In this document: positions 38,627 through 47,696 of the stretch, one piece after another
Numbering within the stretch: position 1 is the first letter of the stretch
How the letters are laid out: each line of letters begins with the position of its first letter
Source: Trueperaceae bacterium
GTDB lineage: Bacteria; Deinococcota; Deinococci; Deinococcales; Trueperaceae
NCBI GenBank assembly: GCA_035703635.1
Contig: DASSXV010000023.1
Coordinates: 34,298-98,297 of the forward strand
Reading direction: 5' to 3'
DNA length: 64,000 nt
Position numbers and translations under genes: made by a program
The notes under the pieces: generated by a model
Told to the model about the DNA's origin: nothing
Database searches by the model: none
The model's input: the letters and a program-made list of their open reading frames with translations, nothing else

Positions 38627-39298
38627 TCACGTGCGCCGCGGCGTGATAGTCCTGGCTGGCGACCCGACAACTATGTCGTCGGCCAGCACGTCGCTGAGCA
38701 CGACGGTGCCGGCGCCCACGATCGCTCGTTCACCGACCCGCACCTGCGGGAGGACGACGGCGCCTAGCCCTAGCTGGGCTTCGTCGCCGATCTGGGCGCC
38801 GCCACCGAGGAGCGCGCGTGGCGCGAGGTGGGCGCCTCGCCCGACTACGCAGTCGTGTTCGACCACTGCGCCACTGTTGACGATGGCGTCCTGCATGATG
38901 CGCGCGCCGCTGTTGATGATGGCGCCGACCAGCACTTGGGCGCCGGCGGCGACGGTGGCGGCGGGTGAGACGATCGCGCTTGCGTGCACGACGGTCGCTA
39001 GCTCGTAACCCCGCGCGCGCAGTTCACGAGCGAGCGCGTGGCGCTTGATGTTGGTTCCGAAACCGATGACGGCGACGACCAGGTCGTACGCGGTTGGTGG
39101 GAACGCGCTTAGGCTGGAGTCATCACCGACGATCTCGACGCCAGCTACGAAGCTGCCGCGCGTGGCTGGATCGGCGTCTAGGACGGCCACCACCTCGCGT
39201 TCGCCACGCGAGCGCACGGCGTCGAGCACGACCCGGGCGTGGCCGCCAGCTCCAAGCAGCACGAGCGGACGCGGCGCGGGTGTCGCCGCCACCGTCAT
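38627..39298 (-). CDS. NeuD/PglD-family hexapeptide sugar acetyltransferase
   Basis: GAGGHARVV, VEHDC, left-handed beta-helix repeats, GSPA. Confidence 0.92.
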   Translation of the reverse strand: MTVAATPAPRPLVLLGAGGHARVVLDAVRSRGEREVVAVLDADPATRGSFVAGVEIVGDDSSLSAFPPTAYDLVVAVIGFGTNIKRHALARELRARGYELATVVHASAIVSPAATVAAGAQVLVGAIINSGARIMQDAIVNSGAVVEHDCVVGRGAHLAPRALLGGGAQIGDEAQLGLGAVVLPQVRVGERAIVGAGTVVLSDVLADDIVVGSPARTITPRRT

Positions 39299-39314
39299 GG
39301 CGCAGCGCGCTTAC

Positions 39315-40394
39315 TCATGCCAGGTCGCTCCACTCGAGCTCGTGATCGGCTGGTAAGTCGTCCTTGATGGCGCGGCCGAGTATGGCGGGGTACTTGTCAG
39401 GGTCGATGCCAGTGCCTGGGCGCTTGAAGTCTAGGTCGGCGAGCGTAAGCACCGTGCCGGCAGGCAACGCCCGCCGCAGCACGACGCGGCGCCTGAACTT
39501 CAGGCGTTTCGCCTGCTCGGCTTCGCTCACGCGCCGTTCGCTGCTACCCAAGGACCGCTGCACGAAGCCGAGGTCGTGCGCTAGCGCCGTCAGCTCGGTC
39601 GGGTCTGCCGAAATGGCGTGGTCCCAGCCGGCTAGCTCCTTGTCGAGGGTGAAGTGCTTCTCCACCAGACACGCTCCCAAGGCTACGGCCGCGAAGGCGG
39701 CCGCCGTGCCGAGGGTGTGATCGCTGAAACCCACTGGCACTCCGAAGGCGCCCTCGAGCATGGGGATGTTGCGCAGGTTCACGTCGTCAGGGTCGGGCGG
39801 GTAGATCGAAACGCAGTGCAGAAGTATCACGGGGCCGGAGCCAGCGGCCCTTAGGGTATCGACCGCCGTCCCCACCTCCCCGAGCGTGGCCATGCCGGTG
39901 GAGAGGAGCACGGGTTTGCCGGTGGCGGCCACGCTGCGCAGGAGTACTGGGTGGTTCACGTCCATGGAGGCGATCTTGTACGCGGGCACGTCGAGCTCCG
40001 CGAGCATCTCCACCTCCTCAGGCGCGAACGGAGTGGATAGGAAGTCGATGCCGAGGTCCGCGCACTGGCGCGCGACGGCGCCGTGCATGGCGGGCGTCAT
40101 CTGGTAAGCCTCGACCATCTCCTGAAGGGTGCCGAAGTGCTTCTTCTTGTCCGAGTAACTCGTGTTGCGCTCGTACTCCGCGCGTCCGACGAGGCTCGAG
40201 GAACTCCAGGACTGGAACTTGACAGCGTCCGCTCCCGCGCGGTGGGCTGCCTCGACGAGGCGGTGGCATAGGTCAAGGTCGCCGTTGTGGTTGGACCCGA
40301 CCTCAGCGATCAAGTAGGGTGGCTGGCCCGGCCCAACGAGGCGGTCTGCGATTCTCACGGGAGCCACTCGAGCGGTGTTGCGGACGTCGGTCAC
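39315..40394 (-). CDS. neuB: Nonulosonic acid synthase (NeuB family) with SAF domain
   Basis: AEVGSNHNGD, KFQ, STPF, YKIASMD, LSTGM, LHCVSIYP, GFSDHT, EKHFTLD, KRPGTG. Confidence 0.95.
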   Translation of the reverse strand: MTDVRNTARVAPVRIADRLVGPGQPPYLIAEVGSNHNGDLDLCHRLVEAAHRAGADAVKFQSWSSSSLVGRAEYERNTSYSDKKKHFGTLQEMVEAYQMTPAMHGAVARQCADLGIDFLSTPFAPEEVEMLAELDVPAYKIASMDVNHPVLLRSVAATGKPVLLSTGMATLGEVGTAVDTLRAAGSGPVILLHCVSIYPPDPDDVNLRNIPMLEGAFGVPVGFSDHTLGTAAAFAAVALGACLVEKHFTLDKELAGWDHAISADPTELTALAHDLGFVQRSLGSSERRVSEAEQAKRLKFRRRVVLRRALPAGTVLTLADLDFKRPGTGIDPDKYPAILGRAIKDDLPADHELEWSDLA

Positions 40395-41308
40395 GTTGCT
40401 TCTTGCCTCCTACTATCAAGCCACTCCCACCAGCGGAAGACGCGTGGGTCGGCGTTCAATGCGTTCAGGTAGGCGTTGCGCTCGGCCTCGTCCGCGATCA
40501 CTCGCTCTTGAAACTCCCGCAGGTCGGCGGCCGCGAGTTCGATGAGGGCGCGCAGGCCGGGCGGTAGCGCGCGGCCAGATGGCATGGGGGAGAGCGCTAG
40601 CGCGTAGTGATTCGCCACCAGTGCGGTTGCCTTCAGCAGTTGCGCTTCCGTGAACGGTCGCGTCACGCCAGCGCTGCTTGCGCCGTGGAGCCGATAGCGG
40701 GCGCGGGGGGTCGGGTCGATGGTTAGGTGGGCGCCGCTCGCCAGCGCGCGCACAGCCACGAGCCAGTCGAGCAGGCGCGTGCCTGCCGGTGCGGGGAGGC
40801 AGTCGAGGAGGACCTCGCTGCGGTAGGCGGCGTTGCCGAAACCGACCACGTTGCTGCGGGCGAGGACCGAGGCCCAGTCGTCGATCGGTTCGGTGCCGAA
40901 GCGCCCGCCAGTTGGCGTGCCTGCCTCGTCCGTCAGCTCCAGGGCGCACGCCGCCACCTCGGCTTTCGCGAGTGCGGCGCGGGCGGCGGCCACGCGGGTG
41001 GGGAGGGGCACGTCGTCGGAGTCCATGAGCACGACACCGCTGGTTCCAGGCACAGTGCGCAGCAGGACTTCCTGGCGCAACGCCACGTGGTCCGCGGCGT
41101 GCTCAGCTCGGTGCGTGGCCGTGCGAGCGGCCAGGTCCGGCCCAGCGGCCGTCAGGTACGGGGCTAACTCAGCATCCTCGACGTCGTCGACCGCGACTAT
41201 GAGGTGGAAGTCGCTATCGGTCTGCTCAGCCAAGCCGCTGAGGAAGGCGGGCAGGTACCCCAGCCCTGCGCGGTACGCGGTGGTGAAGACCATCAGCATG
41301 TCAGGCAC
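40391..41308 (-). CDS. Divergent GT-A/GT2-like protein
   Basis: L.EQTD.DF.L, MDSDD (DxD), DW, YRLH motifs. Confidence 0.65.
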   Translation of the reverse strand: MPDMLMVFTTAYRAGLGYLPAFLSGLAEQTDSDFHLIVAVDDVEDAELAPYLTAAGPDLAARTATHRAEHAADHVALRQEVLLRTVPGTSGVVLMDSDDVPLPTRVAAARAALAKAEVAACALELTDEAGTPTGGRFGTEPIDDWASVLARSNVVGFGNAAYRSEVLLDCLPAPAGTRLLDWLVAVRALASGAHLTIDPTPRARYRLHGASSAGVTRPFTEAQLLKATALVANHYALALSPMPSGRALPPGLRALIELAAADLREFQERVIADEAERNAYLNALNADPRVFRWWEWLDSRRQEAT

Positions 41309-42086
41309 GCTGTTGTTGAGGCGGCGCCCGCCTCTGGCCCTGGCGGCCGAACTTGCCGCGGAGGATCACGGCGGCGAGTTGTAGGTCCGCCTCCTCGTCT
41401 ATGTCTATGGCGTGCTCCCACGTGAGAGGCTCGCCGCGTACGCCTGGGCCGTAGAAGGTGCGGGCGGTCTCGAGCGCGGCCGACTTAGCCCACCAGATCG
41501 CCCCGCTCGGGCAGTAGCTGGGCGGCAGGTCTTGGCTGCGGCGCTTCAAGGCTTCCGGGAAGAGCGGCTCGAGCTCGCCGTTGGCCGCCAGCGTCATGGC
41601 CCACCACGCGACCTGGTAGCCGAAGGGCGCAACGGACACTTGGAACGCTGCGTTTGCAGCTGCGAACGCCGCGGCGCTGCTGCGCACGTCGTTGGCGTCG
41701 CGCAGTGGGCAGTTCGGCATGAGTTGCGCTATCACCGGGTAACGCGCGGAGCCGCCCAGCGCCGTCAAAGCGGCTAGCGTCACCTCAGACGCGGGGGTGT
41801 GGTCGTCGGCTAGCGCCGCAGGGCGGCTCAGCACTTCGGCGCCCGCTGCCCTGGCAACCGCTGCGATCTCGTCGTCGTCCGTGCTGACCACTACGCGCTC
41901 GAAGGCGCCGCTGCCTAGCGCAGCGTTCACCGTGTACTCGAGGAGCGGCCGCCCAGCTAGCGGCAGCACGTTCTTGCGCGGCAGGCGCTTCGAGCCGCCG
42001 CGCGCCGGGATGACGGCCAACGCTGCCGGGGCGGCAGCGCCCCCTGCAACTGGTCCTGGTGAGCCATCGTGGCGCGCTTCTGTCAT
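41301..42086 (-). CDS. neuA: CMP-nonulosonate synthetase (acylneuraminate cytidylyltransferase)
   Basis: IPARGGSKRLPRKN, VVSTDD, L.P.CPLR, RSQDLP, IDIDEEAD. Confidence 0.92.
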   Translation of the reverse strand: MTEARHDGSPGPVAGGAAAPAALAVIPARGGSKRLPRKNVLPLAGRPLLEYTVNAALGSGAFERVVVSTDDDEIAAVARAAGAEVLSRPAALADDHTPASEVTLAALTALGGSARYPVIAQLMPNCPLRDANDVRSSAAAFAAANAAFQVSVAPFGYQVAWWAMTLAANGELEPLFPEALKRRSQDLPPSYCPSGAIWWAKSAALETARTFYGPGVRGEPLTWEHAIDIDEEADLQLAAVILRGKFGRQGQRRAPPQQQRA

Positions 42087-43099
42087 GCAGTGGCCGGGCC
42101 AGCCGGTTCCGGCGCCTTCACTGGCACGTTCGCGTAGCGTTGGGCGTACGGGTCGGAGATGAGCCCGAGCTGGATCGCGCGTTTCACCTCGGCGATGCCG
42201 TCCGCTAGCCGCTTGGTGATGGTGAAGCCGAGTTGACTATGGATCTTCTGGAACGTCACGCGGTAGTCGCGCGGGTCGTCGACGCTCTGGACGTAACGAA
42301 CGCGGCCGTCAGGCACTTGCTTCAAGATGGCGTTTACGACGTCTTGCTTGCGGTAGTTCTCCTCGTCGTCACCCACGTTGAAGACCTCCAGGGCAACCTT
42401 CTCGGGCGCGGCAGCGAGCACGAGCAGGGCAGAGCGCGCCAAGTCGGTGACGTGGCAGTACGGGCGCCAGAACTGTTCGCCGAAGACGACGAGCTCGTGG
42501 CCCGTCACGAGGTCGCGCGTGAACTCGTTGACGGTGAGGTCGAAACGCATGCGCGGCGAGGCGCCGTAGACGGTCGCGAAGCGCAAGGCGGTCGGCAGGC
42601 AATCCGACGAGCGGCCACGCGCCATCAGGAAGCGTTCGACGGCGACCTTCGTTTCCGCGTACAGCGAAACGGGGCGCAGTTCCGAGGCCTCGTCCATCAT
42701 GAGGTTCGGGTCAGGCATCTTCCCGTAGTTCGAGCAGGTCGACGCGAACACGAAGCGCTTCACGCCAGCGGCCTCCGCGAGCTCGTAGAGGCGTTGAGTC
42801 GCGAGTAGGTTGACCTCGCGCGCGAGTTCCGGTTCGCGCTTGCAGGCCGGGTCGCCGACGATCGCGGCCAGGTGCACGACGGCAGTGACGCCCTCCAGCG
42901 CTTGCCTCACGACGCTTTCGTGGCGGACGTCACCGCGCACGATGCTCAGGGCGCCGTCGTCGATGAGCGGAAGGAGTGCCTCGCCACCCATGCGCATGTT
43001 GTCCAGCACGCGCACTTCGTGGCCCGCTTCGAGCAACTGCCGCACGAGCACGGAGCCGATGTAGCCAGCCCCGCCCGTAACCAACACAACGTCTTTCAT
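42083..43099 (-). CDS. NAD-dependent nucleotide-sugar epimerase/dehydratase (extended SDR)
   Basis: TGGAGYIGS, HLAAIVGDPAC, ASTCSNYG, YAETK, RFDLTVN. Confidence 0.92.
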   Translation of the reverse strand: MKDVVLVTGGAGYIGSVLVRQLLEAGHEVRVLDNMRMGGEALLPLIDDGALSIVRGDVRHESVVRQALEGVTAVVHLAAIVGDPACKREPELAREVNLLATQRLYELAEAAGVKRFVFASTCSNYGKMPDPNLMMDEASELRPVSLYAETKVAVERFLMARGRSSDCLPTALRFATVYGASPRMRFDLTVNEFTRDLVTGHELVVFGEQFWRPYCHVTDLARSALLVLAAAPEKVALEVFNVGDDEENYRKQDVVNAILKQVPDGRVRYVQSVDDPRDYRVTFQKIHSQLGFTITKRLADGIAEVKRAIQLGLISDPYAQRYANVPVKAPEPAGPATA

Positions 43100-43133
43100 G
43101 CTGCTCTGCCTTTCCCTTCGCTAACCTTGGCGT

Positions 43134-44960
43134 TCATGCCGGCGTTACTGGCACGCTCTGCGCTGCGCCACCCGACTTCCGCGGTTGCGCAAGAGCGCGG
43201 AACTGCGGGCTGGTTGCGATGAGCTCCTGGTAGGAGCCCTTGGCCACGATCCTGCCGCCCTCGATGAGGCAGATGGCGTCGCACGCGCGCACGGTGGAGA
43301 GCCGGTGCGCGACGATGAACACGGTGCGCTTGCCCGCCATGCCCTCTAACGCCTCGAGGAGGGCCTGCTCCGTGAGGCTGTCGAGGGCGCTCGTCGCCTC
43401 GTCGAACACGACCACTGGCGGGTCGTGATAGAGCGCACGCGCTATGCCGATCCGTTGACGTTGCCCACCACTTAGCCGCAACCCGCGCTCGCCGACTTGC
43501 GTCTTGTAGCCATCCGGCAGGCGCGACACGAAGCCGTGCACCTGAGCTACTTGCGCTGCACGCACGATGGCGTCGCTGCTAACGCTCTCCTCTGGCACGC
43601 CGAACGCGATGTTCTCCGCGATGCTGCCGTTGCACAGGAAGACCTGCTGCGGAACGTAGCCAACGCTCGCCTGCCACGGGCGTAGCGTCTCCGGCCCGAG
43701 CGGCGCGCCGTCGATGAGCACGGCGCCAGACGTTGGCGTTAGGAGGCCGAGGATGAGGTCGACGATGGTCGTCTTGCCGGAACCGGTCGTGCCGACGAAG
43801 GCGACCGACGAGTTCTTCGGCACCTCGAGCTTCACGCCCTCGAGGCTAGGCGGAGAGTCAGGGTAGGCGAAGTTCACGTCCTGCAGCACGATGCCGTCGC
43901 GCAGGCCACTCGGCGTTGGGCGGCTCAAGTCAGCGCTCGTGCCCGCCGCGAGGAGGTCGCGTTCTAGCACGTCAAGCGAGGGTAGCGAGAAGCGCAGTTG
44001 GGTGATGGCCTCGAACATCTGTTGCACGGCAGGCATGAGGCGGTAACTCGCGAAGGCGTAAAGGCCGACGAGCGGGAGGACCTTTTCCGTGCCGCTGCCG
44101 CTAGCGAGGAGCTGCAGGACTATGAGGATGACGCCCCCGAAGGCGATGACCTCGAGCCCGTACTTCGGCACGACGTTGATGACCCGTTGCGTGACGGTCA
44201 GGTCGGAGAAGCGGGCGGACGCGCGGCTGAAGCGGTTGAGGAACGTCTCCTCGCGACCGGCCACCTTCACGTCCTTGATGCCCCCGAACGCCTCCGAGAT
44301 CGTCCTGAAGCGCACGGCGTCGATGCTGAGGCGCTCGTCACCCAACCGTTGCAGGGTGCGCCTCACGAAGAGGAACACGATGGCGTAGGCCGAACCGAGC
44401 GCGGCGCTGACGGTCACCGCGAGCGTCGGATCGACGATCACCAACAGCACGAGCACCGAGACCGCCGCGGAGAAGCGCGCCAGCAGTTGCAGTATCGGCG
44501 TTAGGACCTTCGTGACGACCTCCGAGACCTCGATGAGGATGTTCTTGCCCAGCTCGGCGGTGTTGGAGCGCAGGAAGGCGGAGTACGGCCGGTTCAGGTA
44601 CGCCGTCATGAGCCGCGTTTGCCATAGGTGGTTCTGACGCAGCGCGAAGCGGTTGAGGAGATAGGTGACGAAGACGGAGAAGCCGTTGCTGAACACGAGG
44701 ACGAGGAGGGACATGGCCCCGAGGAAGAGGAGGAAGGAGTTCGTGTCCGTGAACCCGAGCCCCCGGTAAACACCTCCGAGGTAGCGGTTCTGCAGCGCGC
44801 CTTCCGGGTTGGCGACGACCGCGAGGAACGGCATGACCGTCGCCACCCCGATCGTCTCCATGACGGCCATCAGGATCATCGCGGGTAACAGCCAGTAGGC
44901 GTTCGTTCGTTGCTTGGCGGGTAGCAGCGCCAGCAGGCGCCTGGCGGTAGCCCAGATCAT
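43134..44960 (-). CDS. ABC transporter fused TMD+NBD, PglK-like lipid-linked glycan flippase
   Basis: N-terminal TMD with external helix segment; GTTGSGKT, LSGGQRQRIGIARALY, FDEATSALD, AHRL. Confidence 0.88.
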   Translation of the reverse strand: MIWATARRLLALLPAKQRTNAYWLLPAMILMAVMETIGVATVMPFLAVVANPEGALQNRYLGGVYRGLGFTDTNSFLLFLGAMSLLVLVFSNGFSVFVTYLLNRFALRQNHLWQTRLMTAYLNRPYSAFLRSNTAELGKNILIEVSEVVTKVLTPILQLLARFSAAVSVLVLLVIVDPTLAVTVSAALGSAYAIVFLFVRRTLQRLGDERLSIDAVRFRTISEAFGGIKDVKVAGREETFLNRFSRASARFSDLTVTQRVINVVPKYGLEVIAFGGVILIVLQLLASGSGTEKVLPLVGLYAFASYRLMPAVQQMFEAITQLRFSLPSLDVLERDLLAAGTSADLSRPTPSGLRDGIVLQDVNFAYPDSPPSLEGVKLEVPKNSSVAFVGTTGSGKTTIVDLILGLLTPTSGAVLIDGAPLGPETLRPWQASVGYVPQQVFLCNGSIAENIAFGVPEESVSSDAIVRAAQVAQVHGFVSRLPDGYKTQVGERGLRLSGGQRQRIGIARALYHDPPVVVFDEATSALDSLTEQALLEALEGMAGKRTVFIVAHRLSTVRACDAICLIEGGRIVAKGSYQELIATSPQFRALAQPRKSGGAAQSVPVTPA

Positions 44961-44964
44961 GCCC

Positions 44965-46215
44965 TCACTGCCCCTCGGCCATGGCGGTCACGAAGAAGGC
45001 GGCGGGTAAGTAGATGCGCCGCGGGGTAACGCCGCGCTCGAGCCGCTGGTAGACGGCGGCGTTCACGTCCGCCACTTTGCCGCTGGCGTCGAACGGCGCG
45101 AGCGAGCCGAAAGCCATGATGGCCCACTGGTCGCGCGTGACGCGCTCGTACCCTGGGTCGTTAGGCGGCAGCGGGGCGGCGGCGAGGTCGGCGAACGGCT
45201 GCTGGCCGCCAACGTCGACCGAGAAGTCAGTTGCGCCGTTGTCTATCACGAAGGTAGTGATGCCGCGCGCCAGCTCCGTGAGGAACGGCAACGAAGTGAA
45301 GGGCTGCATGCCTTCTGCCGCCAACTCGAGGATCGTCTGAACCGTGTAGGCAGCGTAAATGGTCGGCTGGAAGTAGTGAACATATGATTCCTCCCCCTGC
45401 ACGCCTTGGCCCCACACGAACGCCGGGCCGTTGGGCGTCGGGACGGCCAGGAACTCGCTGTTGAGGGCGTCGGCTAGCTTTTGCGCTTCCGTTGCGTAAC
45501 CGGGGTCGCCGGTGAGTAGGTTCATGTAGTGGTAGTAGCGCACCGTCTGCAGGTACGGGTGCATGAGCTCCGTGTAGAGGTAGTCGTAGCCGGTGGTCTT
45601 GGAGCGGGCGCGCCACTTGGGCTCGAAGTCGTTCTGGAGGTAACCAAGCCAGAAGTCCGCGCGTTCGGCGTAATCCACGCCGTTGGGGCTGACCTGGTCG
45701 CGGTTCTCCTGGTAGAGCCACGCCACCGCGGCTATGAGCCCGTGGGTCATGTCCTCGTCCATCGTGTGGTAGTCGTCGCCGTACCACTGCGAGTTGCCTG
45801 GGTCGTGGAGCCACGTCCAGTTGAGGTAGCCGTCGCCGTTAGTGTCTTTCAGGGTGGAGCGCACGACTTGCATGGTGCGATCGATCTCGTCTAGGAGCCC
45901 GAGGTCGCCGGTTATCCTGAAGACCTGCATGACGGTGGAGACGTGGACGTTGACGACCCGCCCGATCTGGTAGAGGTCGCCGCTTGCTGCCGCTTCGAGG
46001 CTGTTCGGGTAGATGTTGGGTGAGCGTAGCGCGGACCAGAAGCGTTCGTACCAGAGCCGCGCATCGGCTGGCAAAGTGGAGAGGTCGAAGGCGGGGTCGG
46101 CGCGGAGACCGCTCTGCATGGCGTTCGCTCCGCCCTCGCAGGCGGGCAGGCTGAGCACGGCCAGCACGGCGAGCGCGCGCCAGACGGCGCGCCACCTAGT
46201 GGTCTCGTGCCTCAT
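44965..46215 (-). CDS. Uncharacterised lipoprotein, predicted helical (alpha/alpha toroid-like) domain
   Basis: Lipobox LPAC; DTNGDG Ca-loop; strong similarity to the C-terminal domain of 47697-49412. Confidence 0.75.
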   Translation of the reverse strand: MRHETTRWRAVWRALAVLAVLSLPACEGGANAMQSGLRADPAFDLSTLPADARLWYERFWSALRSPNIYPNSLEAAASGDLYQIGRVVNVHVSTVMQVFRITGDLGLLDEIDRTMQVVRSTLKDTNGDGYLNWTWLHDPGNSQWYGDDYHTMDEDMTHGLIAAVAWLYQENRDQVSPNGVDYAERADFWLGYLQNDFEPKWRARSKTTGYDYLYTELMHPYLQTVRYYHYMNLLTGDPGYATEAQKLADALNSEFLAVPTPNGPAFVWGQGVQGEESYVHYFQPTIYAAYTVQTILELAAEGMQPFTSLPFLTELARGITTFVIDNGATDFSVDVGGQQPFADLAAAPLPPNDPGYERVTRDQWAIMAFGSLAPFDASGKVADVNAAVYQRLERGVTPRRIYLPAAFFVTAMAEGQ

Positions 46216-47471
46216 CGGTGGGCTCCGTGGCTGTCGAGCGTGTACACGGAGCCGCGGCCAGCTGGCCCGGTGGCTGCGCCAACGAGCAACTGCTGGCCGT
46301 CGGTGGCCAGCGCCACGTAGCGCACCTGTGGCGCCTCGGTCGCGAAGAGGAGTTCGGGTGCGTCCACGTCTTGTCCTTTGGGGTATGGGTAAAGGAGCAC
46401 GCTCACGCTGCCGCCCGCCGCGCTGTTGTCAGTCGCCACCGCTACCGCTACCCCGGTCGAGGTGATGGCCAGGTCGATGCCGAAGCGTTGATCCGCCCCG
46501 CCGACTGGCCCTAGTTGAGTCTGGTAGGTCCAGGTGCCGTTCCTCAGTCGGTAGACGAACACCGGTCCGGAGCGGTAGTCGCCGTAGTCGCCACCCGGAG
46601 CGCTGACAGCCAGGGTGTCGCCGGTGATCACGACCGTACTGCCGAAGTAGTGGGCGTTGGCGCCAGCAGGCGGCGCGATGCGCTGCGCCAGCCGCGCCCC
46701 GTTCGCACCGACCTGGTAGAGGTAGACGGCGCCGCTGCTGTCGGCCCCAGGCTCGTCATGCATGGCGCCGACGGCCAAGACGTCGCCCGCAAGCGCGAGG
46801 CTCGAGCCGAAGAGCGCGCCTGACGTCAGGCCGCTCGGGGCCAACACCGCCGTCTCGTGCCAGGCCCCAGATACTCTGCGGTAGAGGTGCACGGCACCTG
46901 GCCTGCCTGGCTCGCCGCCCGCGTGCTCTGCCGCTATGGCCAAGACGTCGCCTTGGAGGGCGATGTTGCAGCCGAAATGTGAGGCGTTCGCGTCGGTCGG
47001 TCGCAACTCGCCTGTTCTCGTCCACCCGCTAGCTCCGCGTGAGTAGAGTTCGACGACATCGCTGCCCCACGCGCCTATCGCTAGGTCGTTGTCGCTCACG
47101 GCGACGCTGGCGCCGAAGAACGAGTGGTCGCTGGTCGCGTGAGGCGTGAGGATCCCGCCGAGATGCCAGCCAGCCTGATCGCGGTGGTAGACGTACGCGG
47201 CGCCGACGTAGTCGCCGCCTTCCGCAAGCGCGCCGACGACCGCGACGTCACCCGACCACGAGACCGCCGTGCCGTAACGGCCGCCGCCGCTGCCCAACTC
47301 CGACCTCGGCAAGGTGGCGGGCTGCGCGCCCGCCGAGCCGATGGCCAAGAGTGCGCACGCTAGGCCAAGGGCCGCACCTATCCCGCGGCCAGCCCGTGGC
47401 ACCGCGGCACTAGAGCCGGGCCACGGCGCACTAGCGCGTGAGCGGGCGGTGCGGTTGGTTGTGAGGTACAA
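46212..47471 (-). CDS. Secreted FG-GAP repeat (integrin-alpha-like) beta-propeller
   Basis: Signal peptide then ~7 repeats FG.(S)VA.(S)GD.LAVGA....GAVY.Y. Confidence 0.85.
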   Translation of the reverse strand: MYLTTNRTARSRASAPWPGSSAAVPRAGRGIGAALGLACALLAIGSAGAQPATLPRSELGSGGGRYGTAVSWSGDVAVVGALAEGGDYVGAAYVYHRDQAGWHLGGILTPHATSDHSFFGASVAVSDNDLAIGAWGSDVVELYSRGASGWTRTGELRPTDANASHFGCNIALQGDVLAIAAEHAGGEPGRPGAVHLYRRVSGAWHETAVLAPSGLTSGALFGSSLALAGDVLAVGAMHDEPGADSSGAVYLYQVGANGARLAQRIAPPAGANAHYFGSTVVITGDTLAVSAPGGDYGDYRSGPVFVYRLRNGTWTYQTQLGPVGGADQRFGIDLAITSTGVAVAVATDNSAAGGSVSVLLYPYPKGQDVDAPELLFATEAPQVRYVALATDGQQLLVGAATGPAGRGSVYTLDSHGAHR

Positions 47472-47590
47472 GGACCACCCTCCGGACAGGCGAGATCGCG
47501 GCCCTACGCGCTAGCTAACAGCGGCGTTCCACGGTCTTTGTCCGGATGATAGTTGTGCCGCGGCCCCCGCGCGCCGTGGAGGTCACACGG

Positions 47591-47645
47591 CGCCAAAAAA
47601 CCGGGGCGGGCGCCGTCAACGTGGCGCCCGCCCTTCTCTTTGGCG
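47591..47645 (-). terminator. Rho-independent terminator after the riboswitch-controlled lipoprotein gene
   Basis: GGGCGGGCGCC (47604-14)/GGCGCCCGCCC (47623-33) stem, followed on the minus strand by CGGTTTTTT. Confidence 0.75.
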
Positions 47646-47696
47646 TGCAGGTCGCCTGCACGCCGGGACTTTCCTTCAGCCTTACTCGCCTGCCGT

